From the NCBI GenBank assembly GCA_964016885.1, contig OZ024740.1:13454001-13518000 (forward strand): DNA of 64,000 nucleotides, in the 5' to 3' direction. The notes under the pieces were generated by a model, which searched no databases, was not told the DNA's origin, and saw nothing but the letters and a program-made list of their open reading frames with translations. Each line of letters starts with the position of its first letter. Position 1 is the first letter of the stretch. The stretch is from Eledone cirrhosa (Eukaryota). Position numbers and translations under genes: made by a program. Positions 24,776 through 36,700 of this stretch are shown one piece after another.

Positions 24776-27700
24776 GGTGTTCTGGTAGTCAGAATTGTGT
24801 TTCTGGAAGTCAGACTGGTGTTCTGGTAGTCAGACTGCTGTTCTGGTAGTCAGAATTGTGTTCTGGTAGTCAGAATGGTGTTCTGGTAGTCAGACTGCTG
24901 TTCTGGTAGTCAGAATAGTGTTCTGCTAGTCAGAATGGTGTTCTGGTAGTCAGAATGTTGTTCTGGTAGTCAGACTGGTGTTCTGTTTGTCAGAATGGTG
25001 TTCTGGTAGTCAGCCTGATGTTCTGGTAGTCAGAATGGTATTCTGGTAGTCAGACTGGTGTTCTGGTAGTCAGACTGGTGTTCTGGTAGTTAGACTGGTG
25101 TTCCGGTAGTCAGACTGGTGTTCTGGTAGTCAGAATGGGGTTCTGGTATTCAGACTGATGTTCTGGTAGTCAGAATTGTGCTCTGGTAATCAGAATGGTG
25201 TTCTAGTAGTCAGAATGGTGTTCTGCTAGTCGGAATGGTGTTCTGGTAGTCAGAATGGTGTTCTGGTAGTCGGAATCGTGTTCTGGTAGTCAGAATCGTG
25301 TTCTGGTAGTCAGAATGGTGTTCTGGTAGTCAGACTGGTGTTCTGGTAGTCAGACTGGTGTTCTGGTAGTCAGAATGGTGTTCTGGTAGTCAGAATGGTG
25401 TTCTGGTAGTCAGACTGATGTTCTGGTAGTCAGAATTGTGTTCTGGCAGTCAGAATGGTGTTCTAATAGTCAGAATGGTGTTCTGGTAGTCAGAATGGTG
25501 TTCTGGTAGTCAGAATGTTGTTCTGGTAGTCAGAATCGTGTTCTGGTAGTCAGAATGGTGTTCTGGTAGTCAGAATGGTGTTCTGGTAGTCAGAATGGTG
25601 TTCTGGTAGTCAGACTGATGTTCTGGTAGTCAGAATGGTGTTCTGGTAGTCCGAATAGTGTCCTGGTAGTCAGAATCGTGTTCTGGTAGTCAGAATGGTG
25701 TTCTGTTAGTCAGGATGGTGTTGTGGTAGTCAAAATGGCGTTTTGGTAGTCAGAATGGTGTTCTGGTAGTCAGAATGGTGTTCTGGTAGTCAGACTGGTG
25801 TTCTGGTAGTCAGACTGGTGTTCTGGTAGTCAGAATTGTGTTCTGGTAGTCAGAATGGTGTTCTGGTAGTCAGACTGCTGTTCTGGTAGTCAGAATAGTG
25901 TTCTGGTAGTCAGAATGGTGTTCTGGTAGTCAGAATGTTGTTCTGGTAGTCAGACTGGTGTTCTGTTAGTCAGAATGGTGTTCTGGTAGTCAGCCTGATG
26001 TTCTGGTAGTCATAATGGTATTCTGGTAGTCAGACTGGTGTTCTGTTAGTCAGACTGGTGTTCTGGTAGTCAGACTGATGTTCTGGTAGTCAGAATGGTA
26101 TTCTGGTAGTCAGAATGGTGTTCTGGTAGTCAAAATGGTGTTCTGGTAGTCAGAATGGTGTTCCGGTAGTCAGAATGGTATTCTGGTAGTCAGACTGGTG
26201 TTCTGGTAGTCTGACTGGTGTTCTGGTAGTCAGAATTGTGTTCTGGTAGTAAGCCTGATGTTCTGGTAGTCAGACTGGTGTTCTGGTAGTCAGAATGGTA
26301 TTCTGCTAGTCAGACTGGTGTTCTGGTAGTCAGACTGGTGTTCTGGTAGTCAGAATTGTGTTCTGGTAGTCAGACTGGTGTTCTGGTAGTCAGACTGCTG
26401 TTCTGGTAGTCAGAATAGTGTTCTGGTAGTCAGAATTGTGTTCTGGTAGTCAGCCTGATGTTCTGGTAGTCAGACTGGTGTTCTGGTAGTCAGAATTGTG
26501 TTCTGGTAGTCAGACTGGTGTTCTGGTAGTCAGACTGCTGTTCTGGTAGTCAGAATAGTGTTCTGGTAGTCAGAATGGTGTTCTGGTAGTCAGACTGGTG
26601 TTCTGGTAGTCAGACTGGTGTTCTGGTAGTCAGACTGCTGTTGTGGTAGTCAGAATAGTGTTCTGGTAGTCAGAATGGTGTTCTGGTAGTCAGAATGTTG
26701 TTCTGGTAGTAAGACTGGTGTTCTGTTAGTCAGAATGGTGTTCTGGTAGTCAGCCTGATGTTCTGGTAGTCAGAATGGTATTCTGGTAGTCAGACTGGTG
26801 TTCTGGTAGTCAGACTGGTGTTCTGGTAGTCAGACTGGTGTTCTGGTAGTCAGACTGGTGTTCTGGTAGTCAGAATGGTGTTCTGGTAGTCAGACTGATG
26901 TTCTGGTAGTCAGAATTGTGTTCTGGCAGTCAGAATGGTGTTCTAATAGTCAGAATGGTGTTCTGGTAGTCAGAATGGTGTTCTGGTAGTCAGAATGTTG
27001 TTCTGGTAGTCAGAATCGTGTTCTGGTAGTCAGAATGGTGTTCTGGTAGTCAGAATGGTGTTCTGGTAGTCAGACTGGTGTTCTGGTAGTCAGACTGGTG
27101 TTCTGGTAGTCAGAATTGTGTTTCTGGAAGTCAGACTGGTGTTCTGGTAGTCAGACTGCTGTTCTGGTAGTCAGAATTGTGTTCTGGTAGTCAGAATGGT
27201 GTTCTGGTAGTCAGACTGCTGTTCTGGTAGTCAGAATAGTGTTCTGCTAGTCAGAATGGTGTTCTGGTAGTCAGAATGTTGTTCTGGTAGTCAGACTGGT
27301 GTTCTGTTAGTCAGAATGGTGTTCTGGTAGTCAGCCTGATGTTCTGGTAGTCAGAATGGTATTCTGGTAGTCAGACTGGTGTTCTGGTAGTCAGACTGGT
27401 GTTCTGGTAGTCAGACTGGTGTTCCGGTAGTCAGACTGGTGTTCTGGTAGTCAGAATGGGGTTCTGGTAGTCAGACTGATGTTCTGGTAGTCAGAATTGT
27501 GCTCTGGTAATCAGAATGGTGTTCTAGTAGTCAGAATGGTGTTCTGCTAGTCGGAATGGTGTTCTGGTAGTCAGAATGGTGTTCTGGTAGTCAGAATCGT
27601 GTTCTGGTAGTCAGACTGATGTTCTGGTAGTCAGAATGGTGTTCTGGTAGTCAGACTGGTGTTCTGGTAGTCAGACTGGTGTTCTGGTAGTCAGAATGGT

Positions 27701-30700
27701 GTTCTGGTAGTCAGAATGGTGTTCTGGTAGTCAGACTGATGTTCTGGTAGTCAGAATTGTGTTCTGGCAGTCAGAATGGTGTTCTAATAGTCAGAATGGT
27801 GTTCTGGTAGTCAGAATGGTGTTCTGGTAGTCAGAATGTTGTTCTGGTAGTCAGAATCGTGTTCTGGTAGTCAGAATGGTGTTCTGGTAGTCAGAATGGT
27901 GTTCTGGTAGTCAGAATGGTGTTCTGGTAGTCAGACTGATGTTCTGGTAGTCAGAATGGTGTTCTGGTAGTCGGAATCGTGTTCTGGTAGTCAGAATCGT
28001 GTTCTGGTAGTCAGAATGGTGTTCTGGTAGTCAGACTGGTGTTCTGGTAGTCAGACTGGTGTTCTGGTAGTCAGAATGGTGTTCTGGTAGTCAGAATGGT
28101 GTTCTGGTAGTCAGACTGATGTTCTGGTAGTCAGAATTGTGTTCTGGCAGTCAGAATGGTGTTCTAATAGTCAGAATGGTGTTCTGGTAGTCAGAATGGT
28201 GTTCTGGTAGTCAGAATGTTGTTCTGGTAGTCAGAATCGTGTTCTGGTAGTCAGAATCGTGTTCTGGTAGTCAGAATGGTGTTCTGGTAGTCAGAATGGT
28301 GTTCTGGTAGTCAGACTGATGTTCTGGTAGTCAGAATGGTGTTCTGGTAGTCCGAATAGTGTCCTGGTAGTCAGATTCGTGTTCTGGTAGTCAGAATGGT
28401 GTTCTGTTAGTCAGGATGGTGTTGTGGTAGTCAGAATGGTGTTCTGGTAGTCAAAATGGTGTTCTGGTAGTCAGAATGGTGTTCCGGTAGTCAGAATGGT
28501 ATTCTGGTAGTCAGACTGGTGTTCTGGTAGTCTGACTGGTGTTCTGGTAGTCAGAATTGTGTTCTGGTAGTAAGCCTGATGTTCTGGTAGTCAGACTGGT
28601 GTTCTGGTAGTCAGAATGGTATTCTGCTAGTCAGACTGGTGTTCTGGTAGTCAGACTGGTGTTCTGGTAGTCAGAATTGTGTTCTGGTAGTCAGACTGGT
28701 GTTCTGGTAGTCAGACTGCTGTTCTGGTAGTCAGAATAGTGTTCTGGTAGTCAGAATTGTGTTCTGGTAGTCAGCCTGATGTTCTGGTAGTCAGACTGGT
28801 GTCCTGGTAGTCAGAATTGTGTTCTGGTAGTCAGACTGGTGTTCTGGTAGTCAGACTGCTGTTCTGGTAGTCAGAATAGTGTTCTGGTAGTCAGAATGGT
28901 GTTCTGGTAGTCAGACTGGTGTTCTGGTAGTCAGACTGGTGTTCTGGTAGTCAGACTGCTGTTGTGGTAGTCAGAATAGTGTTCTGGTAGTCAGAATGGT
29001 GTTCTGGTAGTCAGAATGTTGTTCTGGTAGTCAGACTGGTGTTCTGTTAGTCAGAATGGTGTTCTGGTAGTCAGCCTGATGTTCTGGTAGTCAGAATGGT
29101 ATTCTGGTAGTCAGACTGGTGTTCTGGTAGTCAGACTGGTGTTCTGGTAGTCAGACTGGTGTTCTGGTAGTCAGAATGGTGTTCTGGTAGTCAGAATGGT
29201 GTTCTGGTAGTCAGAATGTTGTTCTGGTAGTCAGAATCGTGTTCTGGTAGTCAGACTGGTGTTCTGGTAGTCAGACTGGTGTTCTGGTAGTCAGAATTGT
29301 GTTTCTGGAAGTCAGACTGGTGTTCTGGTAGTCAGACTGCTGTTCTGGTAGTCAGAATTGTGTTCTGGTAGTCAGAATGGTGTTCTGGTAGTCAGACTGC
29401 TGTTCTGGTAGTCAGAATAGTGTTCTGCTAGTCAGAATGGTGTTCTGGTAGTCAGAATGTTGTTCTGGTAGTCAGACTGGTGTTCTGTTAGTCAGAATGG
29501 TGTTCTGGTAGTCAGCCTGATGTTCTGGTAGTCAGAATGGTATTCTGGTAGTCAGACTGGTGTTCTGGTAGTCAGACTGGTGTTCTGGTAGTCAGACTGG
29601 TGTTCCGGTAGTCAGACTGGTGTTCTGGTAGTCAGAATGGGGTTCTGGTAGTCAGACTGATGTTCTGGTAGTCAGAATTGTGCTCTGGTAATCAGAATGG
29701 TGTTCTAGTAGTCAGAATGGTGTTCTGCTAGTCGGAATGGTGTTCTGGTAGTCAGAATGGTGTTCTGGTAGTCAGAATCGTGTTCTGGTAGTCAGACTGA
29801 TGTTCTGGTAGTCAGAATGGTGTTCTGGTAGTCAGACTGGTGTTCTGGTAGTCAGACTGGTGTTCTGGTAGTCAGAATGGTGTTCTGGTAGTCAGAATGG
29901 TGTTCTGGTAGTCAGACTGATGTTCTGGTAGTCAGAATTGTGTTCTGGCAGTCAGAATGGTGTTCTAATAGTCAGAATGGTGTTCTGGTAGTCAGAATGG
30001 TGTTCTGGTAGTCAGAATGTTGTTCTGGTAGTCAGAATCGTGTTCTGGTAGTCAGAATGGTGTTCTGGTAGTCAGAATGGTGTTCTGGTAGTCAGAATGG
30101 TGTTCTGGTAGTCAGACTGATGTTCTGGTAGTCAGAATGGTGTTCTGGTAGTCGGAATCGTGTTCTGGTAGTCAGAATCGTGTTCTGGTAGTCAGAATGG
30201 TGTTCTGGTAGTCAGACTGGTGTTCTGGTAGTCAGACTGGTGTTCTGGTAGTCAGAATGGTGTTCTGGTAGTCAGAATGGTGTTCTGGTAGTCAGACTGA
30301 TGTTCTGGTAGTCAGAATTGTGTTCTGGCAGTCAGAATGGTGTTCTAATAGTCAGAATGGTGTTCTGGTAGTCAGAATGGTGTTCTGGTAGTCAGAATGT
30401 TGTTCTGGTAGTCAGAATCGTGTTCTGGTAGTCAGAATGGTGTTCTGGTAGTCAGAATGGTGTTCTGGTAGTCAGAATGGTGTTCTGGTAGTCAGACTGA
30501 TGTTCTGGTAGTCAGAATGGTGTTCTGGTAGTCCGAATAGTGTCCTGGTAGTCAGAATCGTGTTCTGGTAGTCAGAATGGTGTTCTGTTAGTCAGGATGG
30601 TGTTGTGGTAGTCAAAATGGCGTTTTGGTAGTCAGAATGGTGTTCTGGTAGTCAGAATGGTGTTCTGGTAGTCAGACTGGTGTTCTGGTAGTCAGACTGG

Positions 30701-33700
30701 TGTTCTGGTAGTCAGAATTGTGTTCTGGTAGTCAGAATGGTGTTCTGGTAGTCAGACTGCTGTTCTGGTAGTCAGAATAGTGTTCTGGTAGTCAGAATGG
30801 TGTTCTGGTAGTCAGAATGTTGTTCTGGTAGTCAGACTGGTGTTCTGTTAGTCAGAATGGTGTTCTGGTAGTCAGCCTGATGTTCTGGTAGTCATAATGG
30901 TATTCTGGTAGTCAGACTGGTGTTCTGTTAGTCAGACTGGTGTTCTGGTAGTCAGACTGATGTTCTGGTAGTCAGAATGGTATTCTGGTAGTCAGAATGG
31001 TGTTCTGGTAGTCAAAATGGTGTTCTGGTAGTCAGAATGGTGTTCCGGTAGTCAGAATGGTATTCTGGTAGTCAGACTGGTGTTCTGGTAGTCTGACTGG
31101 TGTTCTGGTAGTCAGAATTGTGTTCTGGTAGTAAGCCTGATGTTCTGGTAGTCAGACTGGTGTTCTGGTAGTCAGAATGGTATTCTGCTAGTCAGACTGG
31201 TGTTCTGGTAGTCAGACTGGTGTTCTGGTAGTCAGAATTGTGTTCTGGTAGTCAGACTGGTGTTCTGGTAGTCAGACTGCTGTTCTGGTAGTCAGAATAG
31301 TGTTCTGGTAGTCAGAATTGTGTTCTGGTAGTCAGCCTGATGTTCTGGTAGTCAGACTGGTGTTCTGGTAGTCAGAATTGTGTTCTGGTAGTCAGACTGG
31401 TGTTCTGGTAGTCAGACTGCTGTTCTGGTAGTCAGAATAGTGTTCTGGTAGTCAGAATGGTGTTCTGGTAGTCAGACTGGTGTTCTGGTAGTCAGACTGG
31501 TGTTCTGGTAGTCAGACTGCTGTTGTGGTAGTCAGAATAGTGTTCTGGTAGTCAGAATGGTGTTCTGGTATTCAGAATGTTGTTCTGGTAGTCAGACTGG
31601 TGTTCTGTTAGTCAGAATGGTGTTCTGGTAGTCAGCCTGATGTTCTGGTAGTCAGAATGGTATTCTGGTAGTCAGACTGGTGTTCTGGTAGTCAGACTGG
31701 TGTTCTGGTAGTCAGACTGGTGTTCTGGTAGTCAGACTGGTGTTCTGGTAGTCAGAATGGTGTTCTGGTAGTCAGAATGGTGTTCTGGTAGTCAGACTGA
31801 TGTTCTGGTAGTCAGAATTGTGTTCTGGCAGTCAGAATGGTGTTCTAATAGTCAGAATGGTGTTCTGGTAGTCAGAATGGTGTTCTGGTAGTCAGAATGT
31901 TGTTCTGGTAGTCAGAATCGTGTTCTGGTAGTCAGAATGGTGTTCTGGTAGTCAGAATGGTGTTCTGGTAGTCAGACTGGTGTTCTGGTAGTCAGACTGG
32001 TGTTCTGGTAGTCAGAATAGTGTTTCTGGAAGTCAGACTGGTGTTCTGGTAGTCAGACTGCTGTTCTGGTAGTCAGAATTGTGTTCTGGTAGTCAGAATG
32101 GTGTTCTGGTAGTCAGACTGCTGTTCTGGTAGTCAGAATAGTGTTCTGCTAGTCAGAATGGTGTTCTGGTAGTCAGAATGTTGTTCTGGTAGTCAGACTG
32201 GTGTTCTGTTAGTCAGAATGGTGTTCTGGTAGTCAGCCTGATGTTCTGGTAGTCAGAATGGTATTCTGGTAGTCAGACTGGTGTTCTGGTAGTCAGACTG
32301 GTGTTCTGGTAGTCAGACTGGTGTTCCGGTAGTCAGACTGGTGTTCTGGTAGTCAGAATGGTGTTCTGGTAGTCAGACTGATGTTCTGGTAGTCAGAATT
32401 GTGTTCTGGCAGTCAGAATGGTGTTCTAATAGTCAGAATGGTGTTCTGGTAGTCAGAATGGTGTTCTGGTAGTCAGAATGTTGTTCTGGTAGTCAGAATC
32501 GTGTTCTGGTAGTCAGAATGGTGTTCTGGTAGTCAGAATGGTGTTCTGGTAGTCAGAATGGTGTTCTGGTAGTCAGACTGATGTTCTGGTAGTCAGAATG
32601 GTGTTCTGGTAGTCGGAATCGTGTTCTGGTAGTCAGAATCGTGTTCTGGTAGTCAGAATGGTGTTCTGGTATTCAGACTGGTGTTCTGGTAGTCAGACTG
32701 TTGTTCTGGTAGTCAGAATGGTGTTCTGGTAGTCAGAATGGTGTTCTGGTAGTCAGACTGATGTTCTGGTAGTCAGAATTGTGTTCTGGCAGTCAGAATG
32801 GTGTTCTAATAGTCAGAATGGTGTTCTGGTAGTCAGAATGGTGTTCTGGTAGTCAGAATGTTGTTCTGGTAGTCAGAATCGTGTTCTGGTAGTCAGAATC
32901 GTGTTCTGGTAGTCAGAATGGTGTTCTGGTAGTCAGAATGGTGTTCTGGTAGTCAGACTGATGTTCTGGTAGTCAGAATGGTGTTCTGGTAGTCCGAATA
33001 GTGTCCTGGTAGTCAGAATCGTGTTCTGGTAGTCAGAATGGTGTTCTGTTAGTCAGGATGGTGTTGTGGTAGTCAGAATGGTGTTCTGGTAGTCAAAATG
33101 GTGTTCTGGTAGTCAGAATGGTGTTCCGGTAGTCAGAATGGTATTCTGGTAGTCAGACTGGTGTTCTGGTAGTCTGACTGGTGTTCTGGTAGTCAGAATT
33201 GTGTTCTGGTAGTAAGCCTGATGTTCTGGTAGTCAGACTGGTGTTCTGGTAGTCAGAATGGTATTCTGCTAGTCAGACTGGTGTTCTGGTAGTCAGACTG
33301 GTGTTCTGGTAGTCAGAATTGTGTTCTGGTAGTCAGACTGGTGTTCTGGTAGTCAGACTGCTGTTCTGGTAGTCAGAATAGTGTTCTGGTAGTCAGAATT
33401 GTGTTCTGGTAGTCAGCCTGATGTTCTGGTAGTCAGACTGGTGTCCTGGTAGTCAGAATTGTGTTCTGGTAGTCAGACTGGTGTTCTGGTAGTCAGACTG
33501 CTGTTCTGGTAGTCAGAATAGTGTTCTGGTAGTCAGAATGGTGTTCTGGTAGTCAGACTGGTGTTCTGGTAGTCAGACTGGTGTTCTGGTAGTCAGACTG
33601 CTGTTGTGGTAGTCAGAATAGTGTTCTGGTAGTCAGAATGGTGTTCTGGTAGTCAGAATGTTGTTCTGGTAGTCAGACTGGTGTTCTGTTAGTCAGAATG

Positions 33701-36700
33701 GTGTTCTGGTAGTCAGCCTGATGTTCTGGTAGTCAGAATGGTATTCTGGTAGTCAGACTGGTGTTCTGGTAGTCAGACTGGTGTTCTGGTAGTCAGACTG
33801 GTGTTCTGGTAGTCAGACTGGTGTTCTGGTAGTCAGAATGGTGTTCTGGTAGTCAGAATGGTGTTCTGGTAGTCAGACTGATGTTCTGGTAGTCAGAATT
33901 GTGTTCTGGCAGTCAGAATGGTGTTCTAATAGTCAGAATGGTGTTCTGGTAGTCAGAATGGTGTTCTGGTAGTCAGAATGTTGTTCTGGTAGTCAGAATC
34001 GTGTTCTGGTAGTCAGAATGGTGTTCTGGTAGTCAGAATGGTGTTCTGGTAGTCAGACTGGTGTTCTGGTAGTCAGACTGGTGTTCTGGTAGTCAGAATT
34101 GTGTTTCTGGAAGTCAGACTGGTGTTCTGGTAGTCAGACTGCTGTTCTGGTAGTCAGAATTGTGTTCTGGTAGTCAGAATGGTGTTCTGGTAGTCAGACT
34201 GCTGTTCTGGTAGTCAGAATAGTGTTCTGCTAGTCAGAATGGTGTTCTGGTAGTCAGAATGTTGTTCTGGTAGTCAGACTGGTGTTCTGTTAGTCAGAAT
34301 GGTGTTCTGGTAGTCAGCCTGATGTTCTGGTAGTCAGAATGGTATTCTGGTAGTCAGACTGGTGTTCTGGTAGTCAGACTGGTGTTCTGGTAGTCAGACT
34401 GGTGTTCCGGTAGTCAGACTGGTGTTCTGGTAGTCAGAATGGGGTTCTGGTAGTCAGACTGATGTTCTGGTAGTCAGAATTGTGCTCTGGTAATCAGAAT
34501 GGTGTTCTAGTAGTCAGAATGGTGTTCTGCTAGTCGGAATGGTGTTCTGGTAGTCAGAATGGTGTTCTGGTAGTCAGAATCGTGTTCTGGTAGTCAGACT
34601 GATGTTCTGGTAGTCAGAATGGTGTTCTGGTAGTCAGACTGGTGTTCTGGTAGTCAGACTGGTGTTCTGGTAGTCAGAATGGTGTTCTGGTAGTCAGAAT
34701 GGTGTTCTGGTAGTCAGACTGATGTTCTGGTAGTCAGAATTGTGTTCTGGCAGTCAGAATGGTGTTCTAATAGTCAGAATGGTGTTCTGGTAGTCAGAAT
34801 GGTGTTCTGGTAGTCAGAATGTTGTTCTGGTAGTCAGAATCGTGTTCTGGTAGTCAGAATGGTGTTCTGGTAGTCAGAATGGTGTTCTGGTAGTCAGAAT
34901 GGTGTTCTGGTAGTCAGACTGATGTTCTGGTAGTCAGAATGGTGTTCTGGTAGTCGGAATCGTGTTCTGGTAGTCAGAATCGTGTTCTGGTAGTCAGAAT
35001 GGTGTTCTGGTAGTCAGACTGGTGTTCTGGTAGTCAGACTGGTGTTCTGGTAGTCAGACTGGTGTTCTGGTAGTCAGAATGGTGTTCTGGTAGTCAGACT
35101 GATGTTCTGGTAGTCAGAATTGTGTTCTGGCAGTCAGAATGGTGTTCTAATAGTCAGAATGGTGTTCTGGTAGTCAGAATGGTGTTCTGGTAGTCAGAAT
35201 GTTGTTCTGGTAGTCAGAATCGTGTTCTGGTAGTCAGAATGGTGTTCTGGTAGTCAGAATGGTGTTCTGGTAGTCAGAATGGTGTTCTGGTAGTCAGACT
35301 GATGTTCTGGTAGTCAGAATGGTGTTCTGGTAGTCCGAATAGTGTCCTGGTAGTCAGAATCGTGTTCTGGTAGTCAGAATGGTGTTCTGTTAGTCAGGAT
35401 GGTGTTGTGGTAGTCAAAATGGCGTTTTGGTAGTCAGAATGGTGTTCTGGTAGTCAGAATGGTGTTCTGGTAGTCAGACTGGTGTTCTGGTAGTCAGACT
35501 GGTGTTCTGGTAGTCAGAATTGTGTTCTGGTAGTCAGAATGGTGTTCTGGTAGTCAGACTGCTGTTCTGGTAGTCAGAATAGTGTTCTGGTAGTCAGAAT
35601 GGTGTTCTGGTAGTCAGAATGTTGTTCTGGTAGTCAGACTGGTGTTCTGTTAGTCAGAATGGTGTTCTGGTAGTCAGCCTGATGTTCTGGTAGTCATAAT
35701 GGTATTCTGGTAGTCAGACTGGTGTTCTGTTAGTCAGACTGGTGTTCTGGTAGTCAGACTGATGTTCTGGTAGTCAGAATGGTATTCTGGTAGTCAGAAT
35801 GGTGTTCTGGTAGTCAAAATGGTGTTCTGGTAGTCAGAATGGTGTTCCGGTAGTCAGAATGGTATTCTGGTAGTCAGACTGGTGTTCTGGTAGTCTGACT
35901 GGTGTTCTGGTAGTCAGAATTGTGTTCTGGTAGTAAGCCTGATGTTCTGGTAGTCAGACTGGTGTTCTGGTAGTCAGAATGGTATTCTGCTAGTCAGACT
36001 GGTGTTCTGGTAGTCAGACTGGTGTTCTGGTAGTCAGAATTGTGTTCTGGTAGTCAGACTGGTGTTCTGGTAGTCAGACTGCTGTTCTGGTAGTCAGAAT
36101 AGTGTTCTGGTAGTCAGAATTGTGTTCTGGTAGTCAGCCTGATGTTCTGGTAGTCAGACTGGTGTTCTGGTAGTCAGAATTGTGTTCTGGTAGTCAGACT
36201 GGTGTTCTGGTAGTCAGACTGCTGTTCTGGTAGTCAGAATAGTGTTCTGGTAGTCAGAATGGTGTTCTGGTAGTCAGACTGGTGTTCTGGTAGTCAGACT
36301 GGTGTTCTGGTAGTCAGACTGCTGTTGTGGTAGTCAGAATAGTGTTCTGGTAGTCAGAATGGTGTTCTGGTAGTCAGAATGTTGTTCTGGTAGTCAGACT
36401 GGTGTTCTGTTAGTCAGAATGGTGTTCTGGTAGTCAGCCTGATGTTCTGGTAGTCAGAATGGTATTCTGGTAGTCAGACTGGTGTTCTGGTAGTCAGACT
36501 GGTGTTCTGGTAGTCAGACTGGTGTTCTGGTAGTCAGACTGGTGTTCTGGTAGTCAGAATGGTGTTCTGGTAGTCAGAATGGTGTTCTGGTAGTCAGACT
36601 GATGTTCTGGTAGTCAGAATTGTGTTCTGGCAGTCAGAATGGTGTTCTAATAGTCAGAATGGTGTTCTGGTAGTCAGAATGGTGTTCTGGTAGTCAGAAT